Below are positions 24,501 through 37,100 of a stretch of 64,000 bases of DNA, one piece after another. Numbering within the stretch: position 1 is the stretch's first letter; every line of letters starts with the position of its first letter. The notes beneath the pieces are model-generated. The model was not told the origin of the DNA. It was given only the letters and a program-made list of their open reading frames with translations, and ran no database searches. The stretch lies in the NCBI GenBank assembly GCA_002633005.1, contig NMRA01000009.1:1991366-2055365 (forward strand), given 5' to 3'. The DNA is from Phoronis australis (taxonomy: Eukaryota; Animalia; Phoronida). The position numbers and the translations under genes were made by a program.

Positions 24501-27500
24501 TGCCTTCAGAAAGGGGATTTTTTTCGCCGAGTGAGGGAAACATCTACCTCCCAATCACCATCAATTGCACCCCCGACCTGTTGCAAGCTCTTATATGCTC
24601 TGTCTCAGTTTAAAGTAGCATTTTGTGCTCTTTCAAATTGTCACCTGTGTGGTTACAGGTGATTTGAACTTCAGAGAGAAATATTTAATCACTGGAGGAA
24701 TTTTTAGGTCTCGCGGGGGCAATTTCGCGTGATTTTTCAATATTTTTGAGAGGGGAATAGGGCCTATATTCGGCCGCAAAATCGAGGGTTTGAGGGCCCT
24801 GTCCTTTTTGGAATGAAAAATGCGTCATGTAGTCATGAAAACACAGCCTGGCTGGCCGAAGATTCTCTGACCGTTGGTATGACGCGAGACTATCGAGATG
24901 CGACAAAATATGATCTAACTTTTTGAAAACATTTATAAATTTTACACTGACACATTTTCCTTCATTGCGGCGTATGGCAACGACCCAACGGTTCCTAATC
25001 TCGGCGTCCTTAGGGATTGTAAAGCAGACAGTTGAGTGTCCGTATTTTTTCTAGTCGTTCGAGCAAAGCGAAATACAATTATGCCGATAATCTAACAGAG
25101 CCATCGTAGCGAGCCTCGTTTTGGAACGCGCCCCCTGTCGGCGTGAATTAGGTCTATTGGTTTCGGAGGTGTTCACTTAGTATTTGTCCTTGAGTAGGCA
25201 AAACATTGGTCAAATTCTTCTTCCAAGCGCTGTCGGACTTTAAATGAAATTCAGAGCCATGTGTATGAGAAAATGGGTCTTTCCTTGACCTTTACTTAGA
25301 TAGAAAATAGTTTCCAGGCTAGAGAAGGAATGACAGGTAATTATTGTTTCAGACCAGGCTAGCGGATTTTGCAAGGTTTCCAGTATGACCGCCAGGGGGA
25401 TTCTTAGATTACAGTAGGGCTTAGTTAATTCCAACATTTTCTCTGATTAGTCGCAAGAATGATGTCAAGTAACCTAACAACGAGAAGACTGTCCATCTCA
25501 TGAAAGGTAGAGAACAGTGACCATGACAACACAATTGTATGTTACTTTTAAAGCCTACTTTGAACGGATTTTTGTTTTTCTAAATGTTCCCCGTAGTAGA
25601 AGTTTTACTGACTAAAACTGGAAACATTCGTTTCCAAAAACGTATTTTCGATAGTCCAGCAAAGTTTCACAAATAGTGTAGCGTGGAAAAGCGCAACGTG
25701 ATCCATGACTAATGATCAGACAAGGCGACTGCAATGAATGCTCAACCGCTAGCCAAAGTAAATGTAGGTTTATATACATAGACTACAATGATTGCTCAAC
25801 CGCTAGCCAAAGTAAATGTAGTTTTATATACATAGACTGCAATGATTGCTCAACCGCTAGCCAAAGTAAATGTAGTTTTATATACATAGACTGCAACGAT
25901 TGCTCAATCGCTAGCCAAAGTAAATGTAGTTTTATATACATAGACTGCAACGATTGCTCAATCGCTAGCCAAAGTAAATGTAGTTTTATATGCATAGACT
26001 GCAATGATTGCTCAATCGCTAGACAAAGTAAATGTAGTTTTATATACATAGATTGCAATGATTGCTCAATCGCTAGCCAAAGTAAATGTAGTTTTATATA
26101 CATAGACTGCAATGATTGCTCAATCGCTAGCCAAAGTAAATGTAGTTTTATATACAAAGACTGCAATGATTGCTCAATCGCTAGACAAAGTAAATGTAGT
26201 TTTATATACATAGACTGCAATGATTGCTCAATCGCTATCCTTACGTAGTTGTACATGTATATACATATCTACTAATACAATAAAGTCATGAAGGATTGTA
26301 TCGAAAAGTTTCCATTGAGCCGGATATTTGCAAAATACTAGATTTTAGAAAAAGTACATATTTTTAGAAACTATAAACCCTGGATAATTGATTGTTGACA
26401 TTTAGAAAACCTCTGTCATTATTTAAGTCATATGACCATGTCTTTTTAACAAAAAGGAAAAGTCCGTTGATAGCAAAACAAGCGTCATTATCAATAATTG
26501 ACCAATTTTTATGTGATACGATGACATTTCAAAGACGTTGCTGCAATTTTCCAAATTATATTTTATTTTTGTTTCATGTAACTTTTAATATTTTCATGAA
26601 AATCGTAAAAGTTCCCAGTTTAAATAGCCAATTTCTAACAACATTTTGGCTACTACTGTTTAAAGCACACAGCCATAGAAGCTTAAATTTTCATATAAAT
26701 CCCACCAGATATTTCTGAGACACGATGTTTATTTTCCGAAGTGAGCCAAATTTGGACACAGTTTTAGGATCCTATATAGCCTTAATAACTGTTTGCGATG
26801 AATTGAACATACAAAACGCGATGTACCTTTCTCTACATATCCAAACACCCACTTCTGTGGCATGGTTTGGGCCTCCACCAACTGTTGAGTTTGTCCGTCT
26901 TTAGGTCCATAATAAAGTTTAGCACTGCATTGCGTGTCTCCAGTAAAGTCATCTCTCTCTTCACGATTGAAATATACCGAGAATTTGAAATCGTGTTCTC
27001 TGGCAACATTTTGCTGAGGCGCAACGTCTAGTCTCTGTGAAAGAACCTCTCTGTGTAGGGTTTCTGTCTTGGAGCTCTTTGACTTCAACATTAAACTAGA
27101 ATTTGAGAACCATTACGTCAAACTGCATTCTTAAACATTTTTCAAAAACCATATTAGTTAATAGGAAAAACGTTTAAATCATCTTAATTAGCATAGGTAT
27201 CTATGGCCGGGTGTGCCTAGCTGTCTGCAATATAATTCTGACTTAATGCTTGCCAGTCATCAGCTGAAATCAGGCTTGGTGAAATAAATACTAATTAAAT
27301 ACACTTTTTAAGGTATTTTGAAAATACTCTGCCATCTTGTCGAGTGTTGTTTAGCTCTGCGAGTTCGATTCAGCGTTAGCGCTAAACTCCGGGAATCACA
27401 TTAAGCGCCGATAATGTCACTCAAAGCTGATGTGAAGTTTGTCTGCATCAAAATTTACGCGAAGATAAATATAGATTATTACATGGCGAAGTCGTTATCC

Positions 27501-30500
27501 CCCGTTATCTAGAAGTGAATCTCTAAATTAAGGTTAAGCAACTATTATAGCTTAAAACACGTTTTTTACACGCTAAGCTTCGACCGGGAAATTATCGTCT
27601 GCTAAAGTAACTGAATATAATTCTCAAGTCAAAGATCCTGACGACACGATACCTGCATTCAAACTGGAGATCGGTGATTTACAAGTAAGAGGACATGAGA
27701 GAAAAAATTCACTGAATTAAGATATCATTTTTATGGAAATTATGTGTCTTATTTTTCGGAGCGTATAAGTACAATACAATGCGGTTTGTTGAACGTGCGA
27801 TTATTGCGCGTGCTCATTTAAGTATTCTATTTTCACACTTGATGACGTCAGTCGCTGAGTGGTGTAGTGGTTAAAGTCGGCGACCAGCAATACTAGGGTC
27901 CCGGGTTCGACCCCGTCCTCGGTTTCCCGCCAAATCGTTATCTCACTAGTGAGATAACTTTATGGGTTATTACACGGTTGTATCTGCCATTTGACGTATT
28001 GTGGTATAACATGTTTTATACCACAATGTTAGTGTCAAATGGCAGATACAACCGTGTAATAACCCATAAAGTTATCTCACTAGTGAGGTAACGATTTGGC
28101 GGGAAATCGAGGACGGAGTCGAACCCGGGACCCTGAAATTGCCGACTTTACCACTACACCATGCAGCGGCTGACGTCATCAAGAGTGGAAATAGAATACT
28201 TAAATGAGCACGCGCAATAATCGCACGTTCAACAAACCGCATTGTACTGTACTTATACCTTACGAAGAATAAGACACATAATTTCCATAAAAATGGTATC
28301 TTAATTCAGTGACAATTTTCTCTCATGTCCTCTTACTTATAAATCACCTATCTACAGTTTGAATGCGGGTATCGTGTCGTCAGGATCTTTGACTTGAGAA
28401 TTATATTCAGTTACTAGTGGTAACCTACTTTAGCAGACGATAATTTCCCGGTCGAAGCTTAGCGTGAAAAAAACGTGTTTTAAGCTATAATAGTTGGTAA
28501 ACCTTAATTTATAAATTCAATTTATTTCTATTATATTTAAGTTTTCAATTGGTTTTGAGTAAAAGCATTATTTGACAAAAATAGCCCGGATTTTCTTAAC
28601 AGGTCACGACCTCCGACCCCGGGCCTCTGACATAGAAAGTAGTTACAAAGCCGTGGAGAGTCAGAAAAGGTAAATCGATTCATTGCAATGTTTCTCGTTT
28701 AGTACGCCCCTCGGGCGATAATTCTCCAAAATTCCCTCGGGCTCTAGATAACGGGGGATAACGACTTCGCCATGTAATAATCTATATGTATAAAATACAT
28801 ATTTATCATCCTGGGCCCAGTTGCATAAAAGTTATACGCCGTATAGCAACAATGACGTCGCATTATCACGCGTCACGTTGTTATTGTTGAACAATGCACA
28901 TGACATCATGCAACAATCAAACTTATCCAGCGGATATCTTTTGAAGCTTTATGCAACTCAGCCCAGCAGTGTAAGACATAAACTCCCTAGCTCTCGAGTG
29001 GGTATGCAGCTAATCGTCAGGTGAGTGATAAGAAGGACAGGTACACTGTATATGTGGGTATTCTTATTACATTTTATGTACCAATTCTCATACAGCGTTT
29101 ATAAAGTTTGGTGCTTCACATTGCTATGTACTCGGTATGTATTCATAAACGAAAACTTGCGTACCTGCATGATAAAAGGAACTCGGAGTTTTCGGCGGCC
29201 ATAGCAACTGTCGCTGTTACCCGTATGTTAAACATATTTGTTCCAGCGTAATAAGGCACCATTCCTTTGCAATCTTCGCATTGGAGCCTGGCACTCAATT
29301 TGACATGTGGTTGTATGTCATCTGCTAAACAACAGGCATGCTAGAATTGAGAAATAACGATCGTCAAACCTAAAGTACACTCTAACGTGAAACTAGAGCA
29401 CGAATAATTACAGTTATATTGTAAACATTATAAATGCACAAATTTGGCTTTCTTCAGAATTTCAAAGCTCAGAAATGGCTGATCGGATTTAAAAAAAAAT
29501 CAGATACTATGTTTTATACACCATAGTTCTCTAAAATATTTTGGAAATTGTTTTTAAAACGGCCCAATTTTGCAAAAAGGGTCTCAAGAAAAAGGAATTC
29601 TGTGACTGCCTTTAGGAAAAATTCAAACGTTGCATATAACGAAAATGAATGGAGACTTTTGAAAACTGTAACAATATTTTGAGCTTTTTTCTTCCAGAAG
29701 TTGAACATTTGGTTTTGTTATCGTTAATACCGTTGTTTTGTTGCAAATATACGCTTCATTTTTTCTAAATTTTTCTAAAAACTTACATTTTTATATGACT
29801 CCATCAATGGCTGTTTGGTATAAAGTGAAAATCAGTTCTGCAGACCGTGTTCTCTCAGTCAATATTAGAGAGTTAAACTTGATAATTTTGTAGTTATTTG
29901 CTCCGTGAGCAGACTAGTCCAAAACCATACAGAATCTTGAACCTTTTATTTCAGAGATGCTTACAATCGCAGTCATTTTTATTAAGCTGTCTGCGTTACC
30001 TAACGTAAAAACGCCAATTTTAGTTCAGGTCAAGTGTACACATTATTGACAAACAAAGTGAAATATTGTCAAATGTGAACATTCTGCAACAGCCAAACAT
30101 TAGTAAAACACTATATAGTACAAATCGTTAAACTTTTGTTCCAACTTGTTCAAAATAATTAACATTTTATTTTCTACGCGGAATCTTACTTTGAACGATG
30201 TGCAAGCGTGATAACCAAGTTATCAATATGATCATGTTTGCATAATTTGTTACTTGACAGCAAAGTGCACACAAAGCCAGAACGCTCAGCGTTCAAATGT
30301 GATTCGTCTCTAATTCCGCCGCTGTAGATTACAAGCAAATACGTTAACTACCATAACATCTCATTACATAATTACTATTTAATAAAAATATATTCACTAT
30401 AAACCTTAAACCGGCGAGGAAATGCAGATCGCAAACATGTGGCGTGCTGACCAGACTTCAATGTTTACAATTTAGTAGAATACGAAAGATCAAATATTTG

Positions 30501-30604
30501 TTCGTCGCCTTTTTCTAACAGCTTCAGCTTACATACACGCTCATAATTTGCTTTAGAATATTTAATTTGCTTACCAAAACAAAAAAGACCAGCAAACGAA
30601 ACAT
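12562..30604 (-). CDS. Secreted alpha-carbonic anhydrase with an extra N-terminal domain, ~439 aa, 9 exons
   Basis: Minus-strand exons: 30604-30575, 29340-29165, 27095-26827, 23451-23389, 22142-21960, 21302-21157, 19688-19529, 15578-15415 and 12690-12562. All are GT-AG with matching phases; 1320 nt open to TAA. CA motifs: [75 protein letters not shown] and [14 protein letters not shown]. Signal peptide [16 protein letters not shown]; no TM or GPI tail. The CA core (last 5 exons) is very secure; the 4 upstream exons rest on splice and phase fit. Confidence 0.88.
15000..15346 (-). repeat. ~350-400-bp interspersed repeat, copy A (unclassified)
   Basis: Reverse complement of 32365-32745 and 33470-33840 (shared CTCATTGGT..GTAATGAAAC..ACGTCATAACATTCAGTCATTCCCA and TAAGCCCAAACAAGT blocks). 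Confidence 0.7.
18837..19126. other. Assembly gap (N run)
   Basis: 290 consecutive N inside a carbonic anhydrase intron. Confidence 0.99.
20268..20520 (+). mobile_element. Decayed THAP-domain transposon end (ISL2EU-like)
   Basis: From ATG 20318 it reads [66 protein letters not shown], the N-terminal half of a THAP zinc finger with an in-frame stop, preceded by an ATAGGC-type terminus. Confidence 0.65.
22611..22798 (+). mobile_element. 5'-truncated RTE-clade LINE 3' end with a 12-bp TSD
   Basis: Encodes [21 protein letters not shown], the typical RTE C-terminus, and ends in an (AGATGAC)2 tail. Flanked by the perfect direct repeat AGTCACATGAGT at 22599-22610 and 22799-22810. Confidence 0.85.
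23645..25155. mobile_element. ISL2EU-like non-autonomous DNA transposon, copy 1
   Basis: Perfect terminal IR including the AT flanks: ATAGACCTAATTCACGC / GCGTGAATTAGGTCTAT. Inward-facing remnants: THAP on the minus strand from 25104 (..[22 protein letters not shown]) and the start of a second ORF on the plus strand at 23730 (..[14 protein letters not shown]). Full-length homologue at 58260-59725. Confidence 0.78.
25727..26237. repeat. 54-bp minisatellite, ~9.5 copies
   Basis: Unit GACTGCAATGATTGCTCAATCGCTAGCCAAAGTAAATGTAGTTTTATATACATA repeated head-to-tail with few substitutions; lies in CA intron 3. Confidence 0.95.
27473..28783. mobile_element. Palindromic (foldback/MITE-like) element with a tRNA-derived segment in each arm
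   Basis: ~43-bp terminal IR (AGATTATTACATGGCGAAGTCGTTATCCCCCGTTATCTAGA) flanked by ATAT. ~490-bp inverted arms at ~27525-28009 and ~28014-28511. A partial third arm lies at 48372-48915. Confidence 0.85.
27854..27923 (+). pseudogene. tRNA-derived (SINE-head-like) sequence; inverted copy at ~28105-28170 and another copy at ~48755-48825
   Basis: A box TGGTGTAGTGG (27860-27870), B box GGTTCGACCCC (27904-27914), partial acceptor stem GCTGAG/CTCGGT. The anticodon arm is malformed. Confidence 0.65.
28814..28963. mobile_element. PIF/Harbinger-type MITE (150 bp)
   Basis: TIRs GGCCCAGTTGCATAAA / TTTATGCAACTCAGCC flanked by CTG and CAG (CWG-type target). Confidence 0.6.
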
Positions 30605-32364
30605 CTTCACAGTCTTCTCTTCTGTTAATGGTTACAGCTTAAATACAGTGCGCTGACACCACGTGACAGATAATGGTTAGGCGAGATCTGTCGCTTCCGA
30701 GACACAACGTAGTTCGTTCAAGACGATTGATTTGTAATTAAACATATCTACCCTTAAATACTTTTGATAGAAGAGGTGCAAAAAGCTAAAAACGTATTTT
30801 GTTTCGAAACTTTTCAAAGTTAGAGAAGTGGGCGTTAATGTCACCCCGGCAACGCATTGTCAGATACATGGCCCGGGCTGCGTTTAAAAAGCCTAAGACA
30901 TTGTTTGCCATGCAGTTTCAACGAAAATATTCGCATATGGATCGGGAGCTGTGAATGCACTCCCAGAGTTCATGGAATGTATTCCAAGTGACATATCTCT
31001 CGCTGGAACGGAAACCACCATGACAGCGCGCGTGCCAAGCTTAGTAGATATATCATCGATTGCGCGCTTTAGAGACACGAACTGGGGTGCGTTAAGTAGT
31101 AGCGATTTAAATCTCTCGAAAAGGCAAGATCACGCAAGACCACCGAAAATCAACCAGTCGGTGAGGTTAGAAAGTTGACTTATGGGGCAGAGCTAACTGT
31201 GTTTCGTAATTCCACCGCGAGTGTCTCGAGTCTATGGAACACAGTCTTGCTTAACGCACAGGGTATTTGGAGCCCCTATGGCCAAAACTAAACAAGTCTT
31301 TTACATAAACGTTTGAAGGCAAAGTCATGTTACAGGCAAACAACTCCTATCACAATTTCCTAAAACTGTCACTGACCAATGTTTCATAGTCTAGTTGCCA
31401 GCCCAATTGCCCCATAGTGAACCCTGCAATGTCAATTACTATAAAGTGTTTTTGTTGAGATATATTAAATATGATCAGGAGAACAAACTTAGCTTTGTTG
31501 CGCTTTGTTTACTTTTGAGCATTTTTTTGCAAACTTGATGACTATCAGGGTAATTTAATACATTGTTTGTACCATTTTCTGTGACGAGAAGTCCATTTCT
31601 TATGTTGTTTTGTTGATGCAGGGTCATATTCAACGTCAAACCAGAGGTCACAGATCATTAATGTTTGAAGTTGGGATTATTCCCTTTAAATCTTGTTTAT
31701 CGATAAGGTAACTACCTGTAAGTAGGTCATCTAAGGTCATTACACTCATTGGCTATTGTGCAGGAAATTACTTTACACGAGCCAACAAAAAGCCAGGTTA
31801 CATGTAGAGAGCAACTTCATGTACATGTATGTCTGCTTCCTGGGAAGCCACTTGTGATTGATGTGATTATTTGTTTAAATTGGTCCTTACTTTAACTGGT
31901 GCGTTTAAATTTACATTGGTATGAGGCGTGCACAGATTAGTATTGCGTTGGAATTCCAAAATATCAAATTACGATAGTGAAATTACAGATTCAAGCTTTG
32001 CAACTCCCGTAAGTTCGAGGAAATGTCACCTGAAAATGCTTTGAGCATAGTTACCCTGCTTCAAATTTGGCTGTCGTCAAGCCTAAAATTACCTATCTTT
32101 GCCGTTACAATATCTGCCTACTACAGTTACGATACCCAGTTCAGTTTGGCAACACCCCGAAATTCCACCAAAGGTTTCACCCCAAGCATGGTTGTCACTT
32201 CCATCATCATTTCTTCATCACTCCTAGAATTGCTGATTTTGACCTTCTGACTCATATGAAGGGTAACACATCAAGCTGTTACTAGCTGACGTAGTAAATG
32301 TGCGCGTGATGGTCGCCTAATGTTCGCAGCACGTGTGCCTATTACAAGGAGACAGGTAGCACTG

Positions 32365-32745
32365 TGGAATGTTGTTTAACGTGGCATCTCATTGGTTAAT
32401 GTAATGAAACTGACGTCATAACATTCAGTCATTCCCATCGGTTGAAATCTGGGAAACCCCTTTCAGTGTACTTCTAGGTAGTATGGCGACCACCTTTAAC
32501 TTGAATAGTTGCAATTAATTGAAACAGGCAGTGATCGAGGTAAACAAGATCAAGGGAACCCCGATCCCGTGGCTAAGCCCAAACAAGTACAATGCATTGA
32601 AGGCGATGAGATCGATAAACTTCCAACCAATCTTGCATATTGTTGCCCACACTCGGAATTCCGTGTGCGCACACACGCAATTCCGTGTGTCGTTCATCGT
32701 TTCCAAAGGGCCTCTTTTCAGTATAGGTGCCGCTGTACCAGAGGG
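32365..32745 (+). repeat. ~380-bp interspersed repeat, copy B
   Basis: Homologous to 33470-33840 and to the reverse complement of 15000-15346; accounts for the similar small ORFs at 14939, 32519 and 33615. Confidence 0.7.
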
Positions 32746-33469
32746 TGTGGGACATGTGTGTATTTCAACGCATTTTCCGTCAGAGACTTGTGGAATATCT
32801 GTCATCCAAACCATCCGTTGATTGAAAATATTTTGTATTACATTTGTGGTGTAGCTTAGATTGGAATTGATGCAAAGAATAGACAACAAGTTCCTAAAAG
32901 AACATGTTGCAGAGTTTGGACCTTGGAAAACGCGCACACTTAAATTGCAACCTAGGCTATCCTACTAGGCTGAATGGCAAAGATAAGAATAATCAATTTC
33001 ATACATTTCCGATAACTCAGCAGCACAAAACAAAGGTCTATCAAAGCACACGATCAGATTGGGGTTGGCTGCCTAAACAGGCAGTCGCGTTGCAAAATCC
33101 TGCCAAGCAAAAACTCTCTGAGTTATAAAGTCTTGGGTGCTTTATTTTCAGCTGTAGATATAATATCACATGAACAGCAGCTCCTCATCTGTTAGTTGAA
33201 TACACTTTACAAGCCTTATTTCACCAAGTAACCCTTGTTATACGATGAGCCGATGGCGTAAAACGATATTTATAAACTTGTACAAGTTGCACTAACAGTT
33301 TAGCCAACGGGAGGAAGAGCCTACCGACAAAGTTGTGCCGATCGATTGATGGATGTTTGCAGATAGAGTCATGCTTATACAGAAAAAGGCTCTTCGCAAT
33401 GGATTGCGGGAAGACATTCTGTTCGAGCTAAATGAAGTCTACACTCTTTCACATTACTGCGAAATGTAG

Positions 33470-33840
33470 AACTGTCAAATGTTGTTTAACATGGCTTCTC
33501 ATTGGTTAAGGTAATGAAACTAACGTCTTATTCTGTCATCCCCAGTGGTTGAAATCTTGGAAACCTCTTTCAGTTTACTGCTACTGACTTGAATATAGTT
33601 ACCGGTACAATTTATTGAAACTAGCAGTGATCGAAGTAAACAAAATCAAGGAAACCCCGATCCAGTGGCCTAAGCCCAAACAAGTACAGTGCATAAAGGC
33701 GTGTGCAAGTGGTAGCGATGTGATCTGTATTCTTACAACCAAGGCATTCTCATCGATGCCCACACACGGATGTTCGTGTGTCGTTCATCATATTTCCACA
33801 GGGTCACTTTTCAGTATAGGTGACGCTGTGTCAGAGGGTA
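33470..33840 (+). repeat. ~370-bp interspersed repeat, copy C
   Basis: Direct repeat of 32365-32745 with indels. Confidence 0.7.
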
Positions 33841-34126
33841 AACAAAGTCAAACAACCCACATTTCCGGTCATCAGCTGGCGAAATTGAACGACAGTTAAC
33901 GGGTTTGTAACCATAAAGATGTCAATATAACAAAGCGGGCAAACCCGCGTTTGGTTAAAATTTAAATAAATCTTTGTATAATATGCACCAAACGAAAGAC
34001 CATCTTTAAACCCTTTTCCTATTTATGTCTGGAATTTGTAGTCGGCTTTTCTTAAAATTTGGTAAACAGGCTTCTATTAAAGAGATGATGACATCTTCCC
34101 GTTCTAGACGAGCCCGAAACAGTCTC

Positions 34127-37100
34127 TAGGCGATGGGTCAGAATTTGTCGGGCTTCTAGAAAAATGGTTTTTGTGAGTACTTTAGGGGGGCAATTTTATT
34201 TTGGTGTTTTTTAACTCATTTACTAGAGTGTTTTCAAAATCTAAAAAGTTCCCACATATAAAATTACACATTTTTGAGAAATTTGAGTTTGCAGTTGCAT
34301 AATAACCACCATAGAGCTTAGAGAACTTATATTAGTAAAAACAACAGTTTTTGCTATTTTTTTGTAAAGCAAGTAATATTAATATGGTCCTATCGATGTC
34401 ATTGTATTGAACAACAATTCACTCACATTACATGTTTTACTATTGTAGACTAATTGTAAACAGTGAAATTTAAATATGTAAAGAGACACCTAGTGGCAGA
34501 AATGGAAACTAGATCTGAATGTTACTAGGAAGTTATTCTGGCATTGTCAGGCAACAAAAATAACACAAAACACTTGAGACTGGGTAAAATCTGTGCCTCA
34601 ATGACTAAAACATTGATTAATGGTGTAAAATGTAGCTTGTTTGCATAATACACCAGAAATACGTACAAAACCAATATAGTTGAATGATCCCTATGAATGT
34701 GCACACAGACTGTATGAAAATAATAGATTATTCTGACAGCGTTTAGTAAGCATTATGAGACAAATACATGACAATGATCAAAGTATGTAATTTTTATGAC
34801 TTAATCAACAAATAAAATTCACTTTTTAATACAAAGAACACGAAATAATGGGGTTTGAGGTCTATTTAGAATTGCTCGTCAAAGAGCTATTCAATGTTAT
34901 GCAGTCAGTGTTGCTGATGTTACTGCAGTTGTCACAGCTGCACGTTTCTATACAGTTTGACCCAGCATTGCAGCACAAACTCATTTTCCCAGCACAAATG
35001 TTCTTTTTGCACTTGAAGCGTTCACCATTTAGTACTGTCAATGGAGCTTCGGGCATTACCATACAGTTTAATTGCAAAGATCCACTTCCAATGAGCCAAC
35101 TATGGTCGAATAGAGAGGGTACAGCACTGCACACTGGTGATTGGCCCACATGTAATGAACGGTCAAACAATGAGTCCTTGTTTGAAGGTGGGTAGGATTT
35201 GGGCAAACGTTTGATTCAAAATATGTTATAATGGGCTGTGTTAATTAGAGTCAGCAAGTGAATTATTGAACACTAGCCTCCCAATTCACTTTCGTATCTC
35301 TTAGTTGGGCACAAACTACAACAGTGAGTAGCTTCAACAGTCGTTTCTTAAGATTGCCTGTCCAAATAACTTCATGCACACCAGCTTTCTGGAGAACAGT
35401 CTTGCTTTAGTTTTGAAAGGCAAATGACATCTCCATGTGCTAGAAGCTTTGATTCAATGAACTCCAAACAAAACTGCAGGAAAACCTCTCTGAAAACTGT
35501 GAATTCGTCACTCTTCACAATCTTTGTCTTTCTATTTTTTATAGCATGATGATCTGTGGTACTTGGCTTCTAAGACACAAGGTCTTTATTTTTGAATTTC
35601 ATTTGCATATTCAGGGCTCTGGACTGAGCTCTTGCTTACAATACAAGTCCAACTGAAAAAAACCTGAACTGTTAACACTAATTTACTATATAACTATGAG
35701 TAAGTTGGCATGCAAATTTTTCAGACGGACTTATCAGGAACTGATCCACCACCAGCCTAACAAATTTGTATGCCGTCTGATCTGTCACCTAAAAATGTTG
35801 ATCGTCAAATAATCAGATTAGTTGATGCAACTGAAAGTAAATCAGCTGATATACCACTGCAGTGATTGAAATTTATTTTTTTGAATCAGATGCTCATACC
35901 ATAGTCAATCGATTTATACTTAAGGTAACCAACGTTTGACGAAATCGACAGTGGCTTTCACTGTCCTCAAATTATGACTGACGGGGACGTTGGCCACTTA
36001 GGCACTTTAATTTAATTACCATTGCAGCTACCTAAGTAATTAATCGTTACAAAAAATGGGAAGAGGTTCCCCCTATCCCAAGATTACGGCAGGGGATGAC
36101 GGCCACTTGAGCATGTTGATTGCAACCATCTATTCCATTTAACATTCTCAAAAATTTTTGACTTAAAGTGTTTAAAATCACACCCACAGTATAACGCCAT
36201 ATGATGATCCCCTGGCGCAAGCAGGGTCGATGTGGCAACTGAACAAGGGAGTGTTCGAAAAACAGGATTGCAAGAGTATTTGTTTAAACTGGGAACAAAT
36301 GGAAACATTAACGGCCTACTCAGAGGCATCTCTCTACGCGGTACTTCTAAACTTATAGCAACATGACTTATGGTTTAACCAGTGTGATGCTTAATTTGCC
36401 GAAAAGCATCCGGCATATGGAGTGCCTATGGTATGATCACCGTCTCTACTGGGTCAGCGGTATTGTCTAAGGCCTAGTCAGCCAAGGGGCTGAACAAGTT
36501 AAAAAACAACTGGTGATAATACTGAAACACATGGAAAACACCACGATGTACCTTTCAAAAACACGTAACTGTTTATCAAAGCTATTAAGTTGTTACTTCT
36601 TTCGCTTTCTTGATATGTGGTCCATAATATACTTTTCCTGCTAACAAATGATGCACTCATGTTTCAGAATGTTCCTATCTTGTTCATGTTAATTGGTTGT
36701 TTCAGATATTGGAAGTCTAATTGATTTTCTTGGGAAATTTTGAGTAACATCTGTATCACTTTCAGCGGCTTCAGCTTTAGTACTACTGCTGGTGTCTTGA
36801 AACGTTGCTACGCCTTTCTATGTCCCTTCAATTTTTGGTCTGGCACTTGGTCTTCCACAGCACTGTACTGTAGTGTATAGGCTATAGCAGGACATGCAGC
36901 TATTTTCTGCACAAAAGTTTGTGACACCTCTTCTTCTTTTTGATCTACTGATCTGCAGAGTTCCAAAGTCCATCAGCTTTCATCAAGATGCTTCTCTAAG
37001 CTTCTTCGGGTTCTGGCATCACAATTTTGTGCTGTTTGATAAACTTTGAATTATACAGGCATCACACTCCATGGGAGCCGCCATATTGAAGTAACTAAGC

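Noticed and set aside
27854-27923. Functional tRNA gene
   Set aside because: A and B boxes are present but the anticodon stem-loop does not fold and there is no clear terminator; three diverged copies sit inside a repeat.
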